DNA from: Micrococcales bacterium
GTDB lineage: Bacteria; Actinomycetota; Actinomycetes; Actinomycetales; Cellulomonadaceae
Length of the DNA stretch: 42,569 nucleotides
Assembly: GCA_029267995.1 (NCBI GenBank)
Contig: JAJUHG010000001.1
Coordinates: 1-42,569 of the forward strand
Direction: 5' to 3'
Position numbers and translations under genes: made by a program. Positions 24,745-34,063 of the stretch are shown piece by piece (position 1 is the stretch's first letter; each line of letters starts with the position of its first letter). Under the pieces are notes generated by a model. That model saw nothing but the letters and a program-made list of their open reading frames with translations, searched no databases and was not told where the DNA came from.

Positions 24745-25935
24745 ATGAAGAAGATCGAGGACCTGGGCGAGCTGCGCGGCAAGCGCGTGCTCGTCCGCTC
24801 CGACCTCAACGTCCCCCTCGACGGGACGACGATCACCGACGACGGTCGCATCCGCGCGGCAGCCCCGACGATCACCCGTCTGCGTGAGGCCGGTGCGCGC
24901 GTCGTCGTGACCGCGCACCTGGGCCGCCCCAAGGGCGAGGTCGACCCGAAGTTCTCCCTCGCCCCGGTCGCGAAGCGGCTCGGCGAGGTGCTCGGCACCG
25001 AGGTCCGCCTCGCCGAGGACGTCGTCGGCCCCTCGGCCCAGGCGACGGTCGCCGCGCTCGCCGACGGCGAGGTCGCGCTGCTCGAGAACATCCGCTTCGA
25101 CGCGCGTGAGACCTCGAAGGTCGACGAGGAGCGCGCCGAGCTCGCACGCGAGCTCGCTGCCCTCGCCGATGCCTACGTCTCCGACGGCTTCGGTGTTGTC
25201 CACCGCAAGCAGGCCTCGGTCTACGACGTCGCGAAGGTGCTCCCGGCCGCGGTCGGCGGGCTCGTCCTGACCGAGGTCGAGGCGCTGCGCCGTGCGACCG
25301 AGGCCCCCGAGCGGCCCTACGTCGTCGTGCTCGGCGGCTCGAAGGTCTCCGACAAGCTCGGCGTCATCGCGAACCTGCTCGAGAAGGCCGACAAGCTGCT
25401 CATCGGCGGGGGCATGGTCTTCACCTTCCTCGCGGCCCAGGGTCACCAGGTCGGCAAGTCGCTCCTCGAGGAGGACCAGCTCGAGACCGTGCGCGGCTAC
25501 CTCGAGTCCGCGCAGGCCAAGGGCGTCGAGATCGTCCTGCCCACCGACATCGTCGTCGCGGAGGCCTTCGCGGCCGACTCACCGCACGAGGTCGTCGCGG
25601 CCGACGCGATCCCCGCGGACAAGATCGGCCTCGACATCGGCCCCGCCTCGGGCGAGGCCTTCGCCGAGGCGATCCGCTCTGCGCGCACGATCGTGTGGAA
25701 CGGCCCGATGGGCGTCTTCGAGTTCGAGGCGTTCGCGGGTGGTACGCGGGCCGTCGCCCAGGCGATGTCCGACTCGGACGGCTTCTCGATCGTGGGCGGT
25801 GGCGACTCGGCCGCCGCGGTGCGCCGTCTCGGCTTCGACGAGGCGAAGTTCGGCCACATCTCGACCGGTGGCGGCGCGAGCCTGGAGTTCCTGGAGGGCA
25901 AGGAGCTCCCCGGGATCGCCGTGCTCGAGGGCTGA
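24745..25935 (+). CDS. pgk: Phosphoglycerate kinase
   Basis: [27 protein letters not shown]...; 396 aa; GGGDSAAAV and STGGGASLE motifs. Confidence 0.95.
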   Translation: MKKIEDLGELRGKRVLVRSDLNVPLDGTTITDDGRIRAAAPTITRLREAGARVVVTAHLGRPKGEVDPKFSLAPVAKRLGEVLGTEVRLAEDVVGPSAQATVAALADGEVALLENIRFDARETSKVDEERAELARELAALADAYVSDGFGVVHRKQASVYDVAKVLPAAVGGLVLTEVEALRRATEAPERPYVVVLGGSKVSDKLGVIANLLEKADKLLIGGGMVFTFLAAQGHQVGKSLLEEDQLETVRGYLESAQAKGVEIVLPTDIVVAEAFAADSPHEVVAADAIPADKIGLDIGPASGEAFAEAIRSARTIVWNGPMGVFEFEAFAGGTRAVAQAMSDSDGFSIVGGGDSAAAVRRLGFDEAKFGHISTGGGASLEFLEGKELPGIAVLEG

Positions 25936-25963
25936 CCGACAACTCAACCTCCGAAAGGGACTC

Positions 25964-26761
25964 ATGGCACACAGCCGCACCCCGCTCATGGCGGGCAACT
26001 GGAAGATGAACCTCGACCACCACCAGGCGGTCCACGTGCTGCAGAAGCTCGCGTGGCTGCTCGCGGACGCGAAGCACGACTTCGCCGACGTCGAGGTCGT
26101 CGTGATCCCGCCGTTCACGGACCTGCGCTCGGTGCAGACCCTCGTGGACGCCGACAAGCTCGAGATCGGCTACGGGGCGCAGGACGTCTCGGCCTTCACC
26201 GAGGGCGCCCGCACGGGTGAGATCTCCCCGGTGTTCCTCGCAAAGCTCGGCGTGCGGTACGCCGTCGTCGGGCACTCCGAGCGCCGCGAGTACCACCACG
26301 AGACGGACGCCGAGGTCGCCGCGAAGGCGCTCTCGGCGCTCGGCCAGGACATCTCGCCGATCGTGTGCGTCGGTGAGGGGCTCGAGGTCCGCAAGGCGGG
26401 CGAGCACGTCGAGTTCACGCTCGCCCAGCTCACGGGCTCGCTCGAGGGCCTGAGCGCCGAGCAGGTCGCGCGCACCGTGATCGCCTACGAGCCCGTGTGG
26501 GCGATCGGTACGGGCGAGGTCGCGACCCCCGAGGACGCGCAGGAGGTCTGTGCGGCGATCCGTGGCAAGCTCGCCGAGACCTACGGTGAGGACGTCGCGG
26601 CCAAGGTGCGCGTCCTGTACGGCGGCTCGGTCAAGTCCGGCAACGTCGCGTCGATCATGGCCAAGCCCGACGTCGACGGCGCCCTCGTGGGTGGGGCGAG
26701 CCTCGACCCCGAGGAGTTCGCGAAGATCGTGCGCTTCAAGTCGCACGCGGTGGGCCTGTGA
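25964..26761 (+). CDS. tpiA: Triose-phosphate isomerase
   Basis: [16 protein letters not shown]..., [19 protein letters not shown] motifs. Confidence 0.95.
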   Translation: MAHSRTPLMAGNWKMNLDHHQAVHVLQKLAWLLADAKHDFADVEVVVIPPFTDLRSVQTLVDADKLEIGYGAQDVSAFTEGARTGEISPVFLAKLGVRYAVVGHSERREYHHETDAEVAAKALSALGQDISPIVCVGEGLEVRKAGEHVEFTLAQLTGSLEGLSAEQVARTVIAYEPVWAIGTGEVATPEDAQEVCAAIRGKLAETYGEDVAAKVRVLYGGSVKSGNVASIMAKPDVDGALVGGASLDPEEFAKIVRFKSHAVGL

Positions 26762-26781
26762 CCCTCTGAGCACCCGCCCGT

Positions 26782-26808
26782 CCCGCGCCCGGCGATCCCG
26801 GGCGCGGG
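26782..26808 (+). terminator. GC-rich hairpin after tpiA
   Basis: CCCGCGCCCGG / loop CGATC / CCGGGCGCGGG, an 11 bp perfect stem with no U-tract. Confidence 0.35.
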
Positions 26809-26899
26809 GCGGCGTGCTAGGTGTGCACGGGCACCATCGCCTATCCTTTGTCGAGGCGCCGGGTAGCGGCGCCGCTGATCGAACCAGAACGGGACCTGC

Positions 26900-27145
26900 G
26901 TGGACTTCCTCCGAATCACGTGCATCGTGGTGCTCATCACGACGAGCCTGCTCGCCATCCCGCTCGTGCTCATGCACAAGGGACGCGGCGGAGGGCTCTC
27001 CGACATGTTCGGCGGCGGGATGTCGAGCGGTGCCGGCAGCTCGGGCGTCGCCGAGCGGAACCTCAACCGGATCACCGTGAGCACCGCGGTCATCTGGACG
27101 ATCAGCATCGTCCTGCTGGGACTCATCCAGCGTGTGAGCGGCTGA
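26900..27145 (+). CDS. secG: Preprotein translocase subunit SecG
   Basis: 81 aa, two TM segments flanking the Gly-rich loop KGRGGGLSDMFGGG; conserved position after tpiA. Confidence 0.85.
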   Translation: MDFLRITCIVVLITTSLLAIPLVLMHKGRGGGLSDMFGGGMSSGAGSSGVAERNLNRITVSTAVIWTISIVLLGLIQRVSG

Positions 27146-27155
27146 GGGGGTCGTC

Positions 27156-27506
27156 GTGGCTGGTGGCGGAAGTGCGATCAGGGGCTCGCGCGTCGGCGCG
27201 GGCCCGATGGGGGAGGCCGAGCGCGGCGAGAGCGCACCACGGGTGTGGATCTCGTACTGGTGCGCGAACGGCCACGAGACGCGTCCGAGCTTCGCCGAGG
27301 AGAGCGCCCACGAGGCGCCCACGACGTGGGACTGCCCGCGCTGCGGCTTTCCCGCGGGGCAGGACCGGGAGAACCCGCCCTCGCCCGTGCGCAACGAGCC
27401 GTACAAGACGCACCTGGCCTACGTGAAGGAGCGTCGCTCGGAGGAGGACGGCGACGCGATCCTTGCCGAGGCGCTCGCCGCGCTGCGCGCCCGCCGCGGC
27501 GGCTGA
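27156..27506 (+). CDS. rbpA: RNA polymerase-binding protein RbpA
   Basis: 116 aa. IRGSRVGAG..., the Cys/His core (WCANGHE...WDCPRCG), and the C-terminal sigma-interaction helix (KTHLAYVKERRSEED...LRARR) resemble RbpA. Confidence 0.85.
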   Translation: MAGGGSAIRGSRVGAGPMGEAERGESAPRVWISYWCANGHETRPSFAEESAHEAPTTWDCPRCGFPAGQDRENPPSPVRNEPYKTHLAYVKERRSEEDGDAILAEALAALRARRGG

Positions 27507-27515
27507 CCAGGTTTG

Positions 27516-27557
27516 ACGAAGGCCCCCGACGCACCGAGGTGCGTCGGGGGCCTTCGT
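27516..27557. terminator. Perfect 19 bp hairpin between convergent rbpA and pgl (bidirectional terminator candidate)
   Basis: ACGAAGGCCCCCGACGCAC / loop CGAG / GTGCGTCGGGGGCCTTCGT, read directly. Confidence 0.7.
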
Positions 27558-27621
27558 GCGTTCTCGCCCCGCTGTGAGTCCTGGATGGACGAGGTGCTCG
27601 CCGTGCCGGGAGCGCCGAGAG

Positions 27622-28383
27622 TCAGGACGCGGGGGTCGCGGCGGCGGCGTCGATCAGCCAGAGGGTCCGGACGGTCCCCGCGACGCTTCCTGCGGGGATC
27701 TCCTCGCGGGAAGCCCCGGCGAGCGCGCGCTCGACCGCGGGTGCCTTGTCCTGGCCCGCGACGACGAGCCACACCTCGCGTGCCGCACCGATCGCCTCGA
27801 AGGTGAGCGAGACGCGCTCGGGCGGCGGCTTGGGCGAGCCGTGCACACCGACCGTGCTCCCGCTCGCGGCGAGCGCCTCGTGGCCCGGGAAGAGCGAGGC
27901 GACGTGCCCGTCGGGCCCCATCCCGAGCAGGAGCACGTCGAAGACCGGGACGGCCCCACCCGTGTCGCGCGCACAGCTCGCGAGCTCGCGTGCGTAGGCC
28001 GTGGCGGCGTCCTCGGGGGTCGTCACGCCCGGGCTGCCGGGCGCGGGGATCGCGTGCACGTTCGCGGCGGGGAGCGCGTCGAGCCCGTCGAGCAGCGCCT
28101 CGCGGGCCTGGGTCTCGTTGCGCTCGGGGTCCCCGTCGGGGAGGAACCGTTCGTCGCCCCACCACACGTGGACCGCCGACCAGTCGACCGCGCGCGCGAC
28201 GGGGCTCGTCGCGACCGCCGCGAGGGTCTTGATGCCGATCGTGCCACCCGTGAGGACGAGGTGCACGGTCTCCTGGACCGCGAGGCGGTCGAGGATCGTC
28301 GTGAGCAGGCGGGCGGCGGCGGCGTGCGCGAGCGTCTCGGCGTCGGGGTGGACGACGACGCCCCGCGTGGCGTGGGTGGTCAT
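27622..28383 (-). CDS. pgl: 6-phosphogluconolactonase
   Basis: 253 aa with LVLTGGT, WWGDERF and LLGMGPDGHVASLFP motifs. Confidence 0.9.
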   Translation of the reverse strand: MTTHATRGVVVHPDAETLAHAAAARLLTTILDRLAVQETVHLVLTGGTIGIKTLAAVATSPVARAVDWSAVHVWWGDERFLPDGDPERNETQAREALLDGLDALPAANVHAIPAPGSPGVTTPEDAATAYARELASCARDTGGAVPVFDVLLLGMGPDGHVASLFPGHEALAASGSTVGVHGSPKPPPERVSLTFEAIGAAREVWLVVAGQDKAPAVERALAGASREEIPAGSVAGTVRTLWLIDAAAATPAS

Positions 28384-29297
28384 AGGCCGACCTTAGCGAG
28401 GCCCTGGGTGAGCACGCGCCCGTAGACCTCGTCGGGGTCGAGGCGGCGCAGCTCCTCGGCGAGGCACTCGTTGAGCTGGCGCAGGGGGAGTGCGAGCCGC
28501 TGGTCGGGCGATCCTGTCTGGCGGATCGTGACGGTCTTGCCGTCGGGCCGTACGAGCTCGACGAGGGCCTCCCCGCACCACATGCGCACCGCGGTGATGC
28601 CGTCGGCCTCCTCGCGTCGCACGATCTGCGTCGGCGCACCGAGCCGGTGGGCGAGCCACGCCGCGAGCAGGTCGACCGAGGTGTGCCGTCCGTCGCCCTC
28701 GACCTCGACCCGGTCGACCTCGCCCGTGCCGAGCTCGTCGAGCGCGGCCGCGAGAAGGCCGCGCCACAGCGTGATCCGGGTCCATGCGAGGTCGGTGTCA
28801 CCCGCGCGGTACACCCCACGCAGCTGCTGGAGGGTCGCGAGCGGCTCGGCGCACGTCGTGGTGTCGGTGATGCGACGCTGCGCCATCGCCCCGACGGGGT
28901 GCTCGGACGGGTTGGTCGGCGCCTCGCCGGGCCACCACGCGACGATCGGTGCGTCGGGCAGCAGCAGCGGGATGACGAGCGTGTCGAGGTGCTGCAGGAG
29001 CTCTCCCGAGGGGCGCAGGACGACGACCTCGCTCGCACCGGCGTCACCGCCCACCCGGATCTGGGCGTCGAGCGAGGCGGTGCTCTCCTGCGCCGAGCTC
29101 GAGATCGCGAGGATGCGGCACGGATGCTCGCGGCTCGCGTCGTTCGCCGCGGCGATCGCGGTCTCGAGCTCGTCCTCGGCCGCCTCGATCACGAGCGTCA
29201 GGACACGGCCGAGTGCGACGGCCCCACCCTCGTCGCGGAGCTTGACGAGGCGCTTGTTGACTGCGCTCGTCGTCGTGCGGGGCAGGTCGATGATCAT
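28380..29297 (-). CDS. opcA: Glucose-6-phosphate dehydrogenase assembly protein OpcA
   Basis: MIIDLPRTTTSAVNKRLVKLRDEGGAVALGRVLTLVI matches the mycobacterial OpcA N-terminus. ATG 29297 overlaps the zwf stop (ATGA). The track ORF extends to GTG 29309. Confidence 0.88.
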   Translation of the reverse strand: MIIDLPRTTTSAVNKRLVKLRDEGGAVALGRVLTLVIEAAEDELETAIAAANDASREHPCRILAISSSAQESTASLDAQIRVGGDAGASEVVVLRPSGELLQHLDTLVIPLLLPDAPIVAWWPGEAPTNPSEHPVGAMAQRRITDTTTCAEPLATLQQLRGVYRAGDTDLAWTRITLWRGLLAAALDELGTGEVDRVEVEGDGRHTSVDLLAAWLAHRLGAPTQIVRREEADGITAVRMWCGEALVELVRPDGKTVTIRQTGSPDQRLALPLRQLNECLAEELRRLDPDEVYGRVLTQGLAKVGL

Positions 29298-30820
29298 GGG
29301 CGCCGCCACGTCCTTCCGTCACGTGCGAGCATCTCGTCGGCCGAGGCGGGGCCCCACGTGCCCGAGCGGTAGGGCTCGGGAGCGCCCTGGGCCTCCCACT
29401 GAGCGAGGACGGGGTCGAGGATCTGCCAGGACAGCTCGACCTCCTCGTGGCGCGGGAAGAGCGGCGGGTCGCCGAGCAGGACGTCGAGGATGAGCCGCTC
29501 GTAGGCCTCGGGGGAGGACTCGGTGAAGGCGTGCCCGTAGCCGAAGTCCATCGTGACGTCGCGCACCTCCATCTGGGTGCCGGGGACCTTCGAGCCGAAG
29601 CGGATCGTGACGCCCTCGTCGGGCTGGACGCGGATCACGAGCGCGTTGTTGCCGAGCTCCTGGGTCGAGGTCGACTCGAACGGCAGGTGCGGAGCCTGCT
29701 TGAAGATCACCGCGATCTCGGTCACGCGCCGGCCGAGCCGCTTTCCCGTGCGCAGGTAGAACGGCACACCCGCCCACCGGCGCGTGTCGACGTCGACGCG
29801 GATCGCCGCGTAGGTCTCCGTGGTCGACGACGGCGCGATGCCCTCCTCGTCGAGGTAGCCGCCCACCTGCTCGCCCCCCTGCCACCCGGCCGCGTACTGG
29901 CCGCGTGCGGTCGAGCGCGAGAACGGCTCGGGGACCCGCATCGCCGAGAGCACCTTGCGCTTCTCGGCACGCAGGTCCTTCGCGTCGAAGGACACCGGCT
30001 CCTCCATCGCGGTGAGCGCGAGGAGCTGCAGGAGGTGGTTCTGGATGACGTCGCGCGCGGCGCCGATCCCGTCGTAGTAGCCCGCACGACCGCCGATGCC
30101 GATGTCCTCGGCCATCGTGATCTGCACGTGGTCGACGTAGTTGGCGTTCCAGATCGGCTCGAACATCTGGTTCGCGAAGCGCAGCGCGAGGATGTTCTGG
30201 ACCGTCTCCTTGCCGAGGTAGTGGTCGATGCGGAACACGTCGTCGGGCCGGAACACGGTCGACACGACGTCGTTGAGCTCGCGCGCTGAGGCGAGGTCGT
30301 GCCCGAAGGGCTTCTCGATCACGACGCGCCGCCACGCCCCCTCGGCGCTGCGCGAGAGCCCCGAGCGGGACAGCTGGCGACACACGACCGGGAACTGGCT
30401 CGGCGGGACGGAGAGGTAGAACGCGTGGTTGCCGCGCGTGCCACGCCGCTCGTCGAGCTCGAGGACCGTCTCGGAGAGCTTGTCGAAGGCGTCGTCGTCG
30501 TCGAAGGACCCCTGGACGAAGCGGATGCCCTCCTCGAGGTGACGCCACGTCTCCTCGCGGAACGGGGTCCGGGCGTTCTCCTCGACGGCTTCGCGGACGA
30601 TCTTCGAGAAGTCCTGCGTCTGCCACTCACGGCGCGCGAAGCCCGTGAGCGCGAAGCTCGGGGGGAGCAGCCCGCGGTTGGACAGGTCGTAGACCGCAGG
30701 CATGAGTTTCTTGCGCGCGAGGTCGCCCGTGACGCCGAAGATCACGAGTCCGCACGGCCCGGCGATCCGCGGCAGGCGCAGGTCGCCGGGCTCCCGCAGG
30801 GGGTTGGCGGACTCAGCCAC
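29294..30820 (-). CDS. zwf: Glucose-6-phosphate dehydrogenase
   Basis: GLVIFGVTGDLARKKL NADP motif and RIDHYLGKE active-site motif. GTG 30820 was chosen as the start. Confidence 0.93.
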   Translation of the reverse strand: MAESANPLREPGDLRLPRIAGPCGLVIFGVTGDLARKKLMPAVYDLSNRGLLPPSFALTGFARREWQTQDFSKIVREAVEENARTPFREETWRHLEEGIRFVQGSFDDDDAFDKLSETVLELDERRGTRGNHAFYLSVPPSQFPVVCRQLSRSGLSRSAEGAWRRVVIEKPFGHDLASARELNDVVSTVFRPDDVFRIDHYLGKETVQNILALRFANQMFEPIWNANYVDHVQITMAEDIGIGGRAGYYDGIGAARDVIQNHLLQLLALTAMEEPVSFDAKDLRAEKRKVLSAMRVPEPFSRSTARGQYAAGWQGGEQVGGYLDEEGIAPSSTTETYAAIRVDVDTRRWAGVPFYLRTGKRLGRRVTEIAVIFKQAPHLPFESTSTQELGNNALVIRVQPDEGVTIRFGSKVPGTQMEVRDVTMDFGYGHAFTESSPEAYERLILDVLLGDPPLFPRHEEVELSWQILDPVLAQWEAQGAPEPYRSGTWGPASADEMLARDGRTWRRP

Positions 30821-32921
30821 GCGCAGCCTCGAGCGACTCGCGCGCGGCCGCGACGACGGCCTCGGCCGTGATGCCGAACTTCTCGAACAGGGTCTGGTAG
30901 TCCGCCGAGGCACCGTAGTGCTCGAGCGAGACCGACCGGCCCGCGTCGCCCACGATCTTGTGCCACGACAGCGCAAGACCCGCCTCGACCGAGACGCGCG
31001 CCTTGACCGCCGAGGGCAGGACCGACTCGCGGTAGGCCTCGTCCTGCTCGGCGAACCACTCGAGGCTCGGGGCGGAGACCACGCGGGTCGCGACGCCCTC
31101 GGCCTCGAGGGTCTCGCGTGCGGCGACCGCGAGCTGGACCTCCGAACCGGTCGCGATCAGGATCACGTCCGGTGTGCCGTTCGAGGCCTCGAGCAGCACG
31201 TAGGCCCCCTTCGCGACGCCGTCGGCGGGGGCGAAGCCCTGTTCCCCGCGCGGGAACGTCGGGACGTTCTGGCGCGTGAGGATGAGGCCCACGGGCCCGT
31301 CGTGCCGCTCGAGGATCGCCTTCCACGCCGCGGCCGTCTCGTTCGCGTCCGCGGGGCGCACGAGCGCGAGGCCCGGGATCGCGCGGACGGCCGCGAGGTG
31401 CTCGACCGGCTGGTGCGTCGGGCCATCCTCGCCGAGGCCGATCGAGTCGTGCGTCCATACGTAGATCGCCGGGACGCCCATGAGCGCCGCGAGGCGCACC
31501 GCGCCACGCATGTAGTCCGAGAACGTGAAGAACGTCCCGCCGTAGGCACGCGTGAGGCCGTGCAGCACGATGCCCGAGAGGATCGCGCCCATCGCGTGCT
31601 CGCGGATGCCGAAGTGCAGCGTGCGACCGTAGATGTCGCCCGCGAACTCCGCGGTCGAGCGCTTCGCGGGGAGGAAGGACGGCTCGCCCTTCATCGTCGT
31701 GTTGTTCGAGCCCGCGAGGTCCGCCGAGCCGCCCCACAGCTCGGGCAGCACGGGAGCGAGCGCGGAGAGCACCTCGCCCGAGGCCGCGCGCGTCGCGATC
31801 GACTTCCCAGCCTCGAAGGTCGGCAGTGCCTCGTCCCAGCCCGCGGGGAGCTTCTTCGCGACGAGGCGGTCGAGCAGCTCGGCGCGCTCGGGGTTGGCCG
31901 CACGCCACGCCTCGTACCTCGTGGTCCACGTGGCCCGCTCGGCAGCGGCGCGCTCGCGCAGGCCGCGCGTGTGCGCGATGACCTCGTCGTCGACCTGGAA
32001 GTCCCGGTCGGGGTCGAAACCGAGCAGCTCCTTGAGGGCGCGGATCTCCTCGCCCCCGAGCTTCGAGCCGTGCGAGCCGTGCGTGTTCTGCTTCGTGGGG
32101 GAGGGCCACGCGATGATCGTGCGCACCCCGATGAACGAGGGGCGGTCCGTGACGGCCTTTGCGGCCTCGATCGCGGCCGCGAGGGAGTCGACGTCCTCGA
32201 CGTAGCCGTCGGGGCCCTTCGTCCAGTCGACGTACTGGACGTGCCAGCCGTAGGACTCGTAGCGCTTGAGGACGTCCTCGGTGAAGGCGATCTCGGTGTC
32301 GCCCTCGATCGAGATGTGGTTGTCGTCCCACAGCACGATGAGGTTGCCGAGCTCTTGCGTGCCCGCGATCGAGCTCGCCTCGCTCGTCACGCCCTCCTGG
32401 AGGTCGCCGTCGGAGGCCACGACGTAGACGTGGTGGTCGAAGGGGCTCTCGCCGGGGGCGGCGTCGGGGTCGAGCAGACCCCGCTCACGGCGGGCCGCCA
32501 TCGCGAAGCCGACCGCGCTCGCGAGGCCCTGGCCGAGCGGACCGGTCGTGATCTCGACGCCGTCGGTGTGCCCGTACTCGGGGTGGCCGGGCGTCTTGGA
32601 GCCCCACGTGCGCAGGGCCTTGATGTCCTCGAGCTCGAGGCCGAACCCGCCGAGGTAGAGCTGGATGTACTGCGTGAGGCTCGAGTGCCCCGCGGAGAGG
32701 ATGAAGCGGTCCCGCCCGAGCCAGGCCGGGTCGGCCGGGTCGTGGCGCATGACGTTCTGGTAGAGCAGGTAGGCGAGGGGGGCGAGGCTGATCGCGGTCC
32801 CGGGGTGGCCGTTGCCGACCTTCTCGACGGCGTCGGCCGCGAGGACGCGGACGGTGTCGACGGCGCGGCGGTCGATGTCGGTCCAGCCGACCTGCTCGGC
32901 TCGGGGGGCGGTGACGTTCAA
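30813..32921 (-). CDS. tkt: Transketolase
   Basis: 702 aa, collinear with mycobacterial Tkt (GNGHPGTAISLAPLAY, SAGHSS, GEDGPTHQP). It has a TTG start with an upstream GAGGAG. Confidence 0.95.
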   Translation of the reverse strand: MNVTAPRAEQVGWTDIDRRAVDTVRVLAADAVEKVGNGHPGTAISLAPLAYLLYQNVMRHDPADPAWLGRDRFILSAGHSSLTQYIQLYLGGFGLELEDIKALRTWGSKTPGHPEYGHTDGVEITTGPLGQGLASAVGFAMAARRERGLLDPDAAPGESPFDHHVYVVASDGDLQEGVTSEASSIAGTQELGNLIVLWDDNHISIEGDTEIAFTEDVLKRYESYGWHVQYVDWTKGPDGYVEDVDSLAAAIEAAKAVTDRPSFIGVRTIIAWPSPTKQNTHGSHGSKLGGEEIRALKELLGFDPDRDFQVDDEVIAHTRGLRERAAAERATWTTRYEAWRAANPERAELLDRLVAKKLPAGWDEALPTFEAGKSIATRAASGEVLSALAPVLPELWGGSADLAGSNNTTMKGEPSFLPAKRSTAEFAGDIYGRTLHFGIREHAMGAILSGIVLHGLTRAYGGTFFTFSDYMRGAVRLAALMGVPAIYVWTHDSIGLGEDGPTHQPVEHLAAVRAIPGLALVRPADANETAAAWKAILERHDGPVGLILTRQNVPTFPRGEQGFAPADGVAKGAYVLLEASNGTPDVILIATGSEVQLAVAARETLEAEGVATRVVSAPSLEWFAEQDEAYRESVLPSAVKARVSVEAGLALSWHKIVGDAGRSVSLEHYGASADYQTLFEKFGITAEAVVAAARESLEAARG

Positions 32922-33044
32922 GGGCTCCTCTTTCCGATCTGGACGTGCGGCGACAGATCTACGGCTGTGCTCGGCGAGCGCCGAACGTGTCCGCGGGACA
33001 GCCTATCGGCGGGATGAACGTCTCATCCGGGACGGCCAGGGCGT

Positions 33045-33079
33045 GGACGCGTCCCGGGTAGCATGTCGGGGACGCGTCC
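33045..33079. promoter_or_regulatory. Two identical 10 bp palindromes (GGACGCGTCC) flanking a TAGCAT -10-like hexamer upstream of ctaB
   Basis: Copies at 33045-33054 and 33070-33079, with centres 25 bp apart; TAGCAT at 33059-33064. Confidence 0.3.
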
Positions 33080-33124
33080 GGGGGTGCGTCAAGGCCTTGA
33101 CCCCGTGATGGGAGAACTCTTTTC

Positions 33125-34063
33125 GTGCGCAGCACACCGGTAGCGGCGGCACCTTCGCACGCCGAGGCGCCTTCGATGCGCCGGCGCGGCAAGCTCGGGG
33201 CGTACGTCGCCCTCATGAAGCCCCGCATCATCGAGCTCCTGCTCGTGACGACCCTCCCGACGATGATGCTCGCGCACGGCGGGTTCCCCCCGATCGGGCT
33301 CGTGCTTGCGACGCTCGTGGGCGGCACGCTCGCGGCAGGCAGCGCGAACGTCCTCAACTGCTACCTCGACCGTGACATCGACAAGGTCATGCACCGCACG
33401 AAGCGCCGCCCGCTCGTGACGGGCGAGGTGACCCCGCGCGAGGCGCTCATCCTCGGCCTGGTGCTTGGCGTGGTCTCGCTCGCGTGGCTCGCGCTCACGA
33501 CGAACCTCGTCGCGGCGGCGCTCACGGCGGCCGCGATCCTCATCTATGTCGTGGGCTACACGATGATCCTCAAGCGCCGCACCTCGCAGAACATCGTGTG
33601 GGGCGGGATCGCCGGGTGCATGCCCGTGTTCATCGGCTGGGCCGCCGTGACCGGCACCCTGAGCTGGGCGGCCGTCGCGCTGTTCGGCGTGATCTTCTTC
33701 TGGACCCCGCCGCACTACTGGCCGCTCGCGATGAAGTTCCGGCGCGACTACGCGGCCGCGGGCGTGCCGATGCTCCCGGTCGTCGCGGGCGACAAGCGGG
33801 TTGCGATCGAGTCGCTCGCCTACGCAGCCGCGATGGTCGCGTGCACGCTCGCGCTCGTCCCGCTCGCCGGGATGTCGTGGGTCTACACCGTCGTCGCGAG
33901 CGGTGCGGGGGTCTGGTTCCTCGCGACATGCGTCCAGCTGTACCGGCGGGCGATCCAGCCGCGCGTCGTGAAGCTGCACGAGATGCGTGTCTTCCACGGA
34001 TCGATCACGTACCTGTCCGTCGTCTTCCTCGCCGTCGCGATCGACCCGCTCCTGCCGTGGTGA
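33125..34063 (+). CDS. ctaB: Protoheme IX farnesyltransferase (heme O synthase)
   Basis: 312 aa, multi-TM UbiA-family ([37 protein letters not shown]). ATG 33176 is an alternative start. Confidence 0.9.
   Translation: MRSTPVAAAPSHAEAPSMRRRGKLGAYVALMKPRIIELLLVTTLPTMMLAHGGFPPIGLVLATLVGGTLAAGSANVLNCYLDRDIDKVMHRTKRRPLVTGEVTPREALILGLVLGVVSLAWLALTTNLVAAALTAAAILIYVVGYTMILKRRTSQNIVWGGIAGCMPVFIGWAAVTGTLSWAAVALFGVIFFWTPPHYWPLAMKFRRDYAAAGVPMLPVVAGDKRVAIESLAYAAAMVACTLALVPLAGMSWVYTVVASGAGVWFLATCVQLYRRAIQPRVVKLHEMRVFHGSITYLSVVFLAVAIDPLLPW

Noticed and set aside
30159-30177. TCGAAC-ATCTG-GTTCGCGA, resembling a LexA/Cheo box.
   Set aside because: The spacer is 5 nt rather than 4, and the site lies deep inside the zwf coding sequence on the non-template context. 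It is most likely chance.
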